DNA of 64,000 nucleotides from Candidatus Poribacteria bacterium (lineage in GTDB: Bacteria > Poribacteria > WGA-4E > WGA-3G), in the NCBI GenBank assembly GCA_965214095.1, contig OZ243938.1, positions 1,856,001-1,920,000 of the forward strand, written 5' to 3'. The notes beneath the pieces were generated by a model. The model was not told the DNA's origin. It ran no database searches and saw nothing but the letters and a program-made list of their open reading frames with translations. The stretch's first letter is position 1, and each line of letters begins with the position of its first letter. Below are positions 18,652 to 28,294 of this stretch, in pieces. The position numbers and the translations under genes were made by a program.

Positions 18652-20643
18652 CTAAAATGCACGTATAACTTTTGCAACGAAACGTTGGGTAAATTCTGAT
18701 GCATTCGGATCACCAAGGATGATAAAAAAGTCTGTACCAGCATAACCAGATCGACGTAACGCGAAATAGATATTCAGATTATTTGCTTGCCAAATTAAAC
18801 GGCTTCCAATACTTAAGGCAGGTGTGAAGTCATAGCCGAGTGTTAGAATCTGTTGGTAACGTCTCTCAAAATGCCATTGTATACTGGAGGAAAGTCCTGC
18901 TGTTATTCCATAAATACGAAGATTCAGGTTTCCACTAACACGATGTATCCGCTCATCCGCACGTTCACCCCAACTATAACCAACACTAACATTGTTAAAC
19001 TGATCCGAGGAACGGGCTTTTAATCTGATGTTAATTACACTATCAGTGAATTCTTGGAATCGTCCGCCATACCAACCCACAGAAAACCCATAGTCACTAT
19101 GTGTCGAGAAGTTTGAAAAGACAGAGATGTCACGCTGAAACACCTCACCATCATAATTGTTAGCCGCGATTCCATTTGCACCAATGAAAACACTACGGAT
19201 GAATCCCTGTCGCCATTCGTTTGAGATAATGCCTTCTATGCCTCCGCCACGAAGACCGGTGAACGGTTGATATCCGAGGTCATTTACGAAATCTGGATCC
19301 ACAGAATACCCGAATAACACTGATTGAAATAGCGAACCGTTGTATCTTAAATACACATTTCCGGTTCTACCATCTGATTCACCTTTCCAACTTTGAGTGA
19401 AGCTGGATTCCGCTGAAAACTTACCGCGTCTTACACTCCCTGAAAGATGACCTACACTGTTTATATCCGTGTTGGGACGATGGTGTGATAGGAACCCCCC
19501 GATAATGTGAGAAGTTGCCGTTATGGATTGTTTCGCACGTAGAATAAAGTTCTGATTGTTGCGATGATATGTCCCTAACGTGCCGACTGAGGTGTGTTTT
19601 CCTAATTTTCCAAAGAGTTTTAACCCTCCATCCATATCCATTATCCTGCGTGAATAGAAAAGGGTTCCAAGATGGTAGACATTTCCACCTTCGGAGAAAA
19701 ACGGACGACGGTCATCCACATAACGTTCACTGTAAGAGAAGTCAATGCTTTCCACAGATTGCTCAATGTTATCAAAATCTGGATTTGCTGTCCCGATAAG
19801 ACGTAGTTGTGGCGTAATCTCATAGCGTAGGTCTCCACCTGCACGAGCCGTATATTTCCTGTCATCCAGTGCTGTTTCACTGATACCGCCAATCAGATAT
19901 GGCAGGAACTTTAACTCACGTTGTCGCTTCGGTGGTAACACATCAATCCAGTGTCCATCGTTTTCTCGAAATTCTCGAACACCTAAATTACACCACCATG
20001 ATCGCTCTCCGGTTCGTTGTTGAAATCTATCAAGATTGATACCCATCCGAATAGGTTGTGTTGTATCAGGATAATCCAAAATCTGCCATGGGATTTGCAT
20101 CTCTACAACCCAACCGTCATCCACAATCTTGGCTGCAGCATTCCAAAGTCCAATCCATTCGCTCTTTGCCGCACGTCCGGTGGCGAGATGCGCGTATTTT
20201 GTGCCAATTGGATTGGTCATGAAGAAATTTCTATCAGAAAATTGATGTGTGTGGAATGGGTCAAGACTAAAAGAAACCCAATCATCTCCTCCAATTCCCG
20301 TTTGATCCTTTGTTTGACGCGCTACAATTTTATCTGGCATATCATCATATAGATGAAGTCCAACATAGATGGCTGCGTCATCATAAACGAGCCAACCGAT
20401 AGATTGATTCTTTGCTGGTTTTTCAGTGCGTTGGTCGGTGAATCCGATGGCTTGTGGAGCATCTTGCCAACAAGCATCATTGAGCACACCATCAATGGTG
20501 GGGACGTGTTCTATTTTGACTGCGGAAAGTTCTTTCTGGACGGTTTGTGTGGTTTGTTCTGCCGTAGTTAGCAAGTTTATGTGTAATATTAGCAATAGTG
20601 TGATGAATAATAATTGTGTGTATTTATTCTGTAGTATGTTCAA
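18652..20643 (-). CDS. CBM9-like sugar-binding domain + outer-membrane beta-barrel (DUF5916-like)
   Basis: PTIDGVLNDACW..DDGWVVEMQIPW domain, TANPDF..E.RPFF.EG motif, C-terminal F; GGAGG before TTG 20643. Confidence 0.75.
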   Translation of the reverse strand: MNILQNKYTQLLFITLLLILHINLLTTAEQTTQTVQKELSAVKIEHVPTIDGVLNDACWQDAPQAIGFTDQRTEKPAKNQSIGWLVYDDAAIYVGLHLYDDMPDKIVARQTKDQTGIGGDDWVSFSLDPFHTHQFSDRNFFMTNPIGTKYAHLATGRAAKSEWIGLWNAAAKIVDDGWVVEMQIPWQILDYPDTTQPIRMGINLDRFQQRTGERSWWCNLGVREFRENDGHWIDVLPPKRQRELKFLPYLIGGISETALDDRKYTARAGGDLRYEITPQLRLIGTANPDFDNIEQSVESIDFSYSERYVDDRRPFFSEGGNVYHLGTLFYSRRIMDMDGGLKLFGKLGKHTSVGTLGTYHRNNQNFILRAKQSITATSHIIGGFLSHHRPNTDINSVGHLSGSVRRGKFSAESSFTQSWKGESDGRTGNVYLRYNGSLFQSVLFGYSVDPDFVNDLGYQPFTGLRGGGIEGIISNEWRQGFIRSVFIGANGIAANNYDGEVFQRDISVFSNFSTHSDYGFSVGWYGGRFQEFTDSVINIRLKARSSDQFNNVSVGYSWGERADERIHRVSGNLNLRIYGITAGLSSSIQWHFERRYQQILTLGYDFTPALSIGSRLIWQANNLNIYFALRRSGYAGTDFFIILGDPNASEFTQRFVAKVIRAF

Positions 20644-20670
20644 TTTGTGTCCTCCATGATGTATGTACTC

Positions 20671-20706
20671 AAAAAATGCCGAATGCACAAAACAGCATTC
20701 GGCATT
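20671..20706 (-). terminator. Rho-independent terminator after ECF gene 1
   Basis: 12-bp stem AATGCCGAATGC/GCATTCGGCATT followed by a T-run on the minus strand. Confidence 0.6.
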
Positions 20707-20721
20707 AAAACTAAGTGTTTC

Positions 20722-22422
20722 TTACTTCTGTCCCAAAACCTTCAGAAATTCCGGATCATCCCAAACATCCGAAAATTCAGAAGTCTCAAGGAAAGACGGG
20801 TAATAGGAATCCTGATAATTATAAGAAGCAACCGCATATTTACCTTGCGCAATCTTTAAATAATGCAAAGTCTTCTCGCGATCTTTCTCAGATGCCCAAA
20901 TACTCAATGCCAGCATGAAATAACTATACTCATTATAATTTCCCAAATCTACAGCAACTTGGAGAAACCGTTTCGCTTCAACATACTTCTGTGACCATAC
21001 CAGACAACACCCAACATCGTGAACCGCCCAAATGAGTTCATAAGTATTTACAGGAAGATTCAAATCCAGTTTCTTCAACTCTAATTCCAAGAACGTGTTC
21101 AATTCCGTATAGACCTGACTAAAACGATCCCAATCTTCCTGTTCTTTATATAACAACAGACGATTCGTACACTTAGCTAACCAGAATCTAAAATAGGTTT
21201 TCCAACCCGGTTTTCCCAAAGCACTTTCCAACTTGTCTAATTCAATTAGTGCTTCTTCTATCCTGTTATATTTTCGTAATATTTCTGCTCCAAATTGCAG
21301 AAAATCACAACGGCTATACTTACTCACTTCAGGATTCTCTAAGCGTTCAGAGGCATCTCTATAAAGTTTTATCCAATCATCAATACGACCTTCTGTCGTC
21401 CAACATCCAGAAGTATTAAGATTAGAAACAATCCTCAAAACATATTTTTCCGCATGCTTGCATGCCCAATGGTAAAGACGCGTCTGTTCGTCTATGGCTT
21501 CTCGTTTTCTACCACAAAATGCAAGACTATGCACTAACGACTTATGCGACCAGTAACGTTCAGTTTCATCCGATACGTCTTCCATATATTTGTTGAGTAG
21601 AACTACCCGTTTTTCCTGACCAAGTTTGCCCATATAAGGGTATATATCATCAACCAAGAGATGTGCCAACTCAGATGTGATTTCGCCTTTGAGGGCAGTA
21701 TCAATTTCCATGTCCGCTTCTTTAAGTATATCGTCTCTGGATGTTGGATCAGAATTTATCTGTTCCTTGAATGAATTGAACTTGCTGTGAATTTCCTCTA
21801 TTTGATTCATTATGTTCTCCTTCAGATTATCTGATAATTGGAAATGACCGAAGTACTCTTGTACCAAGAACATTTGATCTGTTTGTAGACGTTTTCGTGC
21901 ACGTTGCAGGCGACTTGTAATTGTATTTACCGATACTCCCATGAATTCACTGATCTCTTTCGTTGACATTTCATCAAGATAGTAAAATGTTACAATTTCG
22001 CGTTCATTATCGGGAAGTGTTTCCAGTAGCTTATTTACAAGTTCATGGGAATACTCAGTTCTCTCTATCACTCGCTGTTCTGACATATATTGTGTATAAT
22101 AGGATTCTTCTATTTCTTCCAGATGTGTGTTTTCCAAGGATTGCATCACTGGCTTTTGTTTACGTATCCAATCAATGCAAAGCCGATCTGCAATGACATG
22201 GAGCCAACCAGCAAATTGATTTGGATCTTTGAGTGTTGATAATTTTTTGTATGCCTTAAGAAACGTATCTTGCACAATCTCTTCAGCATAGTGAAAATCC
22301 TGAATCTTCCGCCATGCATGTGCATGAACGCTTTTTTGATACTTGTCGACCAAAATGCCAAACGCAGTGTCGTCACCCGATAAGACTTTCCTTATGAGTT
22401 CAACATCGTCTTCTTTTGCCAC
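20722..22422 (-). CDS. ECF sigma factor fused to ~360-aa TPR-like domain (paralogue 1)
   Basis: AEEIVQDTFLKAY, FAGWL, EISEFMGVSVNTITSRLQRARKRL; helical C-domain ending EFSDVWDDPEFLKVLG. Confidence 0.9.
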   Translation of the reverse strand: MAKEDDVELIRKVLSGDDTAFGILVDKYQKSVHAHAWRKIQDFHYAEEIVQDTFLKAYKKLSTLKDPNQFAGWLHVIADRLCIDWIRKQKPVMQSLENTHLEEIEESYYTQYMSEQRVIERTEYSHELVNKLLETLPDNEREIVTFYYLDEMSTKEISEFMGVSVNTITSRLQRARKRLQTDQMFLVQEYFGHFQLSDNLKENIMNQIEEIHSKFNSFKEQINSDPTSRDDILKEADMEIDTALKGEITSELAHLLVDDIYPYMGKLGQEKRVVLLNKYMEDVSDETERYWSHKSLVHSLAFCGRKREAIDEQTRLYHWACKHAEKYVLRIVSNLNTSGCWTTEGRIDDWIKLYRDASERLENPEVSKYSRCDFLQFGAEILRKYNRIEEALIELDKLESALGKPGWKTYFRFWLAKCTNRLLLYKEQEDWDRFSQVYTELNTFLELELKKLDLNLPVNTYELIWAVHDVGCCLVWSQKYVEAKRFLQVAVDLGNYNEYSYFMLALSIWASEKDREKTLHYLKIAQGKYAVASYNYQDSYYPSFLETSEFSDVWDDPEFLKVLGQK

Positions 22423-22466
22423 AGACTTCCTCCTTTTGGAATAGATTTATCTTTTTATTATTTAAT

Positions 22467-22493
22467 GACGAATTTTTTATCAGAAAACGTGCA
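22467..22493 (-). promoter_or_regulatory. Putative ECF autoregulatory promoter TGCAC-N18-CGTC
   Basis: Same motif at 24604-24630 upstream of paralogue 2. Confidence 0.5.
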
Positions 22494-22600
22494 TTATACT
22501 AAAATTTATTGGATTATAGAGAATGTCCACAAATATGAAAAAATAAAATTGCAACAATTATTGACAATACATACTCTGAAAACGGGGATGATTACGACTT

Positions 22601-22832
22601 TATAGTGAAATGTAAAAACACGTTCACACTCCCCGGTAGATGCGGTTTCCTAACCAATGCAGAATGCCATACGGGAATGCCTAAAGAAGCATGCGCGTGT
22701 GACATGCTCCATGATTCATACCGTTGATTTGGCGCATTCTGCCTGACTATGAGACTGAACTGGATCCTACGCGAGAACCTCTATGAAAGTATTTGGCACA
22801 AAGTAGGTTCAGTTAGGAAACCGAACCTACCG
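22601..22832. repeat. Composite REPIN (two inverted GTAG-type REPs, conserved spacer, internal insertion)
   Basis: CGGTAGATGCGGTTTCCTAACC ... GGTTCAGTTAGGAAACCGAACCTACCG; spacer GAGAACCTCTATGAA..ATTTGGCACAAA shared with the 25044 and 27208 copies. Confidence 0.7.
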
Positions 22833-22863
22833 TCACGGGGAAACTGCATTAACCAATGATTGA

Positions 22864-24561
22864 TTACTTACCCAAAACCTTCAGAAATTCTGGATCATCC
22901 CAAACATCCGAAAATTCTGGCATCTCAAGGAAAGTAGGATAGAAAGAATCCGGATAATTAAGGGTACGATCCACGAACTTGTCCTGAGCGATCTTCAAAT
23001 ACTTTAAAGTCTTCTTACGATCATTCTCAGATGCCCAGATACTCACTGCAAGCATGAAACAACTATGTTCATTCCAATCTTCCAAATCGACAGCGATTTG
23101 TAGAAACCGTTTTGCCTTGTTATACTTCTTTGACCATACCAAACAACACCCTATATTATGAGAAGCACAAAAAAACTCGTATTTATTTAGCGGAAAGTTT
23201 GCATCCAGTTTTTTCAACTCCAATCTCAAATAAGTCTTAAGTTCCGCATAGACTTGATTAAAACTAGTCCAATCTCCGAGTTTACTATACAACAGTAATC
23301 GGTTCGTTCTCGCAGCTAACCAGAATCTAAAATAGTTATCCCAACCGGGTTCGTCCATAGCACGTTCCAACTTTTCTATCTCAAGAAGTGCGTCATCAAA
23401 ACGGTCATTAACTCGTAATACCTCAGCACCGATTTTTAGGAATTTGCAACGAGAGTAGTCACTCACCTCTGGTTTTTCAAGATGTTCAGATGCCTCATTA
23501 TAAAGTTGAAGCCAATCATCAATACGTCCTTCAGCTTTCCAACATTTAGCAGTGTTTAAATTGGAAATAATCCTCAAAACATATTTTTCTGCATGTTTGC
23601 AAGCCCAATGATAAAAACGTGTTTGTTCCTCAATAGCCTCGCTATTATTCCCAAGAATTGCCAGAGCATTGACTAACGACTTATGTGCCCAGAAACATTC
23701 TGTATCATCTTCTAAATCATCCATATACTTACGGAGTAAGGGCACACGTTTTTCTATACCCGGTTTACCCATATACGGGTATATCCCATCAACCGCAAGA
23801 TGCACCAACTCAGATGTGACACCGTCCTTGAGTACAGCGTCAATCTCACTGTCTGCTTCCTTAACGATATCCTCTCTTGATGCAGGATCGGACTTCATCT
23901 GTTCCATGTATGAATTGAACTTGTTGCGAATTTCTTCTAAATGACTCATGATGTTCTCCTTCAGATTATTTGTTGATAATAAATGACCAAAGAATTCTTG
24001 ATCCAAGTGTCCTTGATCTGTTTGTAGACGTTTGCGCGCTCGTTGGAGTCTGCTCGTGATTGTATTCACCGATACCCCCATGAATTCACCAATCTCTTTC
24101 GTTGACATTTCGTCAAGATAGTAGAGTGTTACGACCTTGCGTTCATTCTCTGGCAAACTTTCCAGAAGTTTCTGGACAAGTTCATGGGAATACTCAGTTC
24201 TCTTTATCATTTGCTGTTCTGACCTGTAATGTGAATAAGAGGATTCCTCAATTTCCTCCAAACGTACGCTTTCTAAAGATTGCACCTCAGGTTTTTTCTT
24301 TCGTAACCAATCAATGCAAAGATGATTTGCAATGGTATGAATCCATCCAGCAAATTGATTTGGATTTTTGAGTGTCGGTAGTTTGTTGTATGCCTTAAGA
24401 AAGGTGTCTTGCATAATATCTTCCGCATAGTGGAAATCACGAATTTTCCGCCATGCAAGGGAATGAATGCTCTCTTGATATTTTTCGACCAAGATGTTAA
24501 ACGCAGAGTCATCACCCGATAAGATTTTGCGAATCAAAACTACATCGTCATCTCTTTTCAT
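22864..24561 (-). CDS. ECF sigma factor fused to TPR-like domain (paralogue 2)
   Basis: Same motifs; closely similar to paralogue 1. Confidence 0.9.
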   Translation of the reverse strand: MKRDDDVVLIRKILSGDDSAFNILVEKYQESIHSLAWRKIRDFHYAEDIMQDTFLKAYNKLPTLKNPNQFAGWIHTIANHLCIDWLRKKKPEVQSLESVRLEEIEESSYSHYRSEQQMIKRTEYSHELVQKLLESLPENERKVVTLYYLDEMSTKEIGEFMGVSVNTITSRLQRARKRLQTDQGHLDQEFFGHLLSTNNLKENIMSHLEEIRNKFNSYMEQMKSDPASREDIVKEADSEIDAVLKDGVTSELVHLAVDGIYPYMGKPGIEKRVPLLRKYMDDLEDDTECFWAHKSLVNALAILGNNSEAIEEQTRFYHWACKHAEKYVLRIISNLNTAKCWKAEGRIDDWLQLYNEASEHLEKPEVSDYSRCKFLKIGAEVLRVNDRFDDALLEIEKLERAMDEPGWDNYFRFWLAARTNRLLLYSKLGDWTSFNQVYAELKTYLRLELKKLDANFPLNKYEFFCASHNIGCCLVWSKKYNKAKRFLQIAVDLEDWNEHSCFMLAVSIWASENDRKKTLKYLKIAQDKFVDRTLNYPDSFYPTFLEMPEFSDVWDDPEFLKVLGK

Positions 24562-24659
24562 GAGACATCCTCCTATTACAAACTATTTGTCCCTTATATA
24601 AATGACGAAACTTTGATCAGCAAACGTGCAATATGACAAAAATTTATTGACTTATTATA

Positions 24660-24932
24660 CTATAGTTTGGACAGTTTTTTGAGGACTTGAACGGTGCTCT
24701 GGACAAGGAGCATCACAGTCATCATACCTATTTCTTGAATGATACACCTGTCGCCCCGCTGGGGCTTGCATTGGTCGTGGCACATTTTTCTATACACATT
24801 CCGCCCGCTGGGGCTGCTCATTTTGATGTTTTCACACTTTTTCATCAAAGTATTATCCTATCCAAAACTCACAATATATTGCAAATGCCAGCAATATCAG
24901 TATGTAACCAAGAGAAATTGTCCAAACTATAG
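24660..24932. mobile_element. 273-bp MITE with 8-bp target duplication
   Basis: IRs CTATAGTTTGGACA / TGTCCAAACTATAG; TTATTATA duplicated at 24652-24659 and 24933-24940; two internal CCCGCTGGGGCT-containing repeats. Confidence 0.85.
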
Positions 24933-24975
24933 TTATTATAGAGAATGTCCACAAATATGGAAAATAGAATTACAC

Positions 24976-25205
24976 TAAATTGATGCCTATCGTGCGGTAA
25001 AGGCACCGCACGATAAGCATCAATTTAGCGTCCTTCCAGGGCAGGTAGGTTCGGTTTCCTAACCGAGCCGAATCTTCCCACGAAAACCTTTATGAATGCC
25101 CTTGGCACAAATCAGGTTCGGTTAGGAAACCGAACCTACCGACATGGGATAATAGCGTAATTCTACTTAAATTGATACCTATGGTGCGGTAAAGGCACCG
25201 CACCA
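24976..25205. repeat. REP cluster: long hairpin, REPIN (25044-25141) and second hairpin
   Basis: CTAAATTGATGC..GTGCGGTAAAGGCACCGCAC..GCATCAATTTAG hairpin, repeated at 25168-25205; inverted REP pair between them. Confidence 0.75.
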
Positions 25206-25222
25206 CCGAAGCTGCTGGCATG

Positions 25223-26917
25223 CTATTGCCCAAGAACTTTCAGAAATTCTGGATCATCCCAAACGTCCGAGAATTCAGGTGTTTCAAGAAAGGCAGGATA
25301 GTACCTATCTTCATTCCAATAGTCTAGAATATAGTCCGATGCAAGTTTTAAATTTTGCAACGTCTTTTCCCGATCCTTCTCGGTCTCCCAGATTGCCACA
25401 GCGAGCATAAAGTAAGCCCAATCGTTTTTGTTCTGTAAATCAAGAGAGATCTGTAGAAAACGTTTTGCATCCTCATACTTCTTGACCCACACCAGACAAC
25501 AACCAACATCGTGAGCAGCCCATATAAGATCACTAACATTTACAGGATAACCAGCCTTATGTTTTTCTACTTCAAGTTCAACAAACCTTTGGAGATCCGC
25601 ATGCACTTGATCGAAACGATCCCAGTCCTCCTGTTTTCCGTAAATTCGCAGTCTATTCGTTCTCACTGCCAACCAGAACCGAAAATAATGTTCCCAATCT
25701 TGGTTTTTGTTAGCACTTTCCAATTTTTCTAAACCAAGAAGTGCCTCATCAAAACGGTCAAAGGAACGTAATACTTCTGACCCGATTTGCAGGAAATCGC
25801 AACGTGAGAAGTCACTTACTTCAGAATTATCTAAACGTTGAGAGGCTTCACCGTGAAGTTGCATCCATTCATCAATACGGCCTTCCTGTTTCCAACAGTC
25901 AATAATTGTCAAATTAGAAAGTGCTTCCAACACATATTTATCCGACATGTGCTTGCAAGCCCAGCGGTAAAGACGTATCTGCTCTTCGATCGCCTCTCCG
26001 TTTCTTTCCAGGGCAGGGAAACTATGAACTATCCGATGTTGCGACCAGAAACGTTCCGTATCATCTGCTGCAACATCTTGATACCTACGGAGTAAAGCAA
26101 TCCGTTTTTCCATGCCAACTTTGCCCATGTGCGGGTATATATCATCAACTACAAGATGGACCAGCTCAGGTGTGAGTTCACCCTTGAGTGCCGATTCTAT
26201 CTCAACATCAACTTCCCTAAGAACATCTTCACTCTTAAGAATATCTCCATCTGAGAGAGGGAAAGATTCCACATACTCCATATATGTAGCGAACTTGCTA
26301 CGAATGTCTTCCATTTTTCCTAACATAATTATTTCTCCTTGATGATCAGCCACATTATAAAAAATCGTGTGTTCCTCACTTTGTAACCGCTTACGTGCAC
26401 GGTGGAGCCGACTCTTTACCGTGTTCGGTGAAACCCCCATAGTTCTACTGATATCTTCACATGTCATTTCTTTCAGATAGTGAAGTGAAACAGTGGTACG
26501 TTCACTAGCGGGTAACTTTTGAAGGAGGTGTTTGACAACTTCACATTGCCTTTCACTCACAATTTCTCTTTGCTGATTTTCGTGATACTGTGTATAAGCC
26601 AATTCCTCTAATTCCTCTGCGGGCATCTCATCTAAAGATTGCGTTGGAATTCTCTTTTTTTCAAACCAAGCGAAACAGTGCCGCGCCGCTATTACATAAA
26701 GCCATCCTACAAAACTATCCTGATTTTTCAAGGTATGGAGTTTCTGATAAACCCGGAGGAATATATCTTGTGTGATTTCTTCAGCGATGTGGTAGTCACC
26801 GATTTTCCGCCAAACATAAGTGTGAATTGGCTTTTGGTGTTTTCGCACAAGCGTATTGAAAGCAGATTGGTCACCTTTCAATATACGTTGAATCAATTGT
26901 GCATCATCGTTTTTCAT
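25223..26917 (-). CDS. ECF sigma factor fused to TPR-like domain (paralogue 3)
   Basis: AEEITQDIFLRVY, MGVSPNTVKSRLHRARKRL; same C-terminal EFSDVWDDPEFLKVLG. Confidence 0.9.
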   Translation of the reverse strand: MKNDDAQLIQRILKGDQSAFNTLVRKHQKPIHTYVWRKIGDYHIAEEITQDIFLRVYQKLHTLKNQDSFVGWLYVIAARHCFAWFEKKRIPTQSLDEMPAEELEELAYTQYHENQQREIVSERQCEVVKHLLQKLPASERTTVSLHYLKEMTCEDISRTMGVSPNTVKSRLHRARKRLQSEEHTIFYNVADHQGEIIMLGKMEDIRSKFATYMEYVESFPLSDGDILKSEDVLREVDVEIESALKGELTPELVHLVVDDIYPHMGKVGMEKRIALLRRYQDVAADDTERFWSQHRIVHSFPALERNGEAIEEQIRLYRWACKHMSDKYVLEALSNLTIIDCWKQEGRIDEWMQLHGEASQRLDNSEVSDFSRCDFLQIGSEVLRSFDRFDEALLGLEKLESANKNQDWEHYFRFWLAVRTNRLRIYGKQEDWDRFDQVHADLQRFVELEVEKHKAGYPVNVSDLIWAAHDVGCCLVWVKKYEDAKRFLQISLDLQNKNDWAYFMLAVAIWETEKDREKTLQNLKLASDYILDYWNEDRYYPAFLETPEFSDVWDDPEFLKVLGQ

Positions 26918-27088
26918 GCTTCAGCTCCAAAACATTTTGTCATTCATAATGTTAAGATAGGTAGTAGAAGCGGCGGGGTTGCATAAAATGCAAAAATCAG
27001 GAAAAATATGGAATTATGGTAAGAAAATATGAGGATGGTTCATAAGTCACCATTGTCCGATATTCATTAAAAGTAGTAGGCACGCTCA

Positions 27089-27348
27089 TGAAGATTAAGA
27101 AATAAATTGGGTAATTTCCTTGAGATGTCTGTCAGCATACGCGTTAGGTATGCTGAATTGGTTGGGAAACCGCACCATAAGCGTCAATTTAGCATCCTTC
27201 CAAGTACCGGTAGGTTCGGTTTCCTAACCGAACCGGTTTTGTGCCAAATACCTTCATAGAGGTTCTCGCATAGGTTCCGTGCGGTTAGGAAACCGCACCT
27301 ACCGGGTTTGAGAAAATGAGAATTACCCGTTTAATAAATTAATCTTCA
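27089..27348. mobile_element. TG...CA MITE inserted into the loop of a REP, itself containing a REPIN (27208-27304)
   Basis: IRs TGAAGATTAA..GGGTAATT / AATTACCC..TTAATCTTCA; flanks GGCACGC-TCA | TCC-GCGTGCC. Confidence 0.7.
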
Positions 27349-27444
27349 TCCGCGTGCCGCACCCTTAACTCTGATGGAGTACAGGAAACTGATTTGTCAA
27401 ACTCATGTTCTTGAAAGTATTATGCGAAATGTTTTGAATGATTA

Positions 27445-28082
27445 TTAGAGCACAATCTCTTTATGCGTAATGCTGGAATGAAATTCACGGATACTGTCAA
27501 CACATCTGAGCAGCATTTCATCGCTGAGTGCGAACACCTCAGAAAATGTCCATGTGCTTTCAACCGTGTCAAGAATTCGTTGATTTGGTAAGACAATAAC
27601 TGAATCTGCATTTTCTTGAAGTTTCTGCAATCCCAGTTCTGCATTTTCAATGCACTGTTCACTCTCAAAATTAAAGGGTAAAGTGACAATAGCAACAGTA
27701 AAAACTCCTTGCTCTCGCGAAAGAGATGCAATCACAGGTGATGCACCTGTCCCTGTCCCACCACCCAAACCGGCTATGACAAAAAAATATCTGCGTCTTT
27801 CACAATTTGCTGGAGTTTGTCATAGTTCTCCTCAGCAGCTAATCTGCCTCTTATCGGATATCCCAGACAACCAACACCTTGTGTGGTATTAACACCGATT
27901 TGTACCGGTTTTGCATAGTCGCATTTTTCGAGTGCTTGTTGATCAGTATTAACAACGTAGCATTCAATGTCAGTCATACCTGCTTCTGTCATCCGTTTAA
28001 CAGCATTGCCTCCCGCACAACCAACACCGATAACTTTGATTATGTCGCGTGTGTTTTTGGATTCATCTTTATTAGATGTCAT
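27445..28082 (-). pseudogene. FtsZ-like protein, GTPase domain only, with a frameshift in a T7 run at 27781-27787
   Basis: IKVIGVGCAGGNAV, NTDQQAL, GGGTGTG tubulin signature, VTLPFNFE; split over two frames; no C-terminal domain. Confidence 0.8.
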
Positions 28083-28294
28083 AACTACACCTTCAATGAT
28101 TGAACCCAAATGTATTAAGCAAAAGTGCCAGAGATATTCTTAATTAACGTGAGTTCGGTATATTTGTTGTAGGATGGGTTGAGGCACGAAACCCAATTTC
28201 TTTCTTTGATAGCGGGTTACATGTTGTGTTGCGTGCCTCAAGCCAACCTACAATTTACGTCATTTTGCTTATGCCGATCTCACACTGAAGTAAC

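Noticed and set aside
24976-25205. CRISPR array among the palindromic repeats
   Set aside because: Repeats are inverted or irregular, with conserved rather than unique spacers, and no cas genes are present
20722-26917. Diversity-generating retroelement explaining the near-identical 3' ends
   Set aside because: No reverse transcriptase, template repeat or adenine-specific variation; ordinary paralogy suffices
27445-28082. Housekeeping ftsZ
   Set aside because: Truncated, frameshifted, divergent and lacking ftsA/ftsQ context
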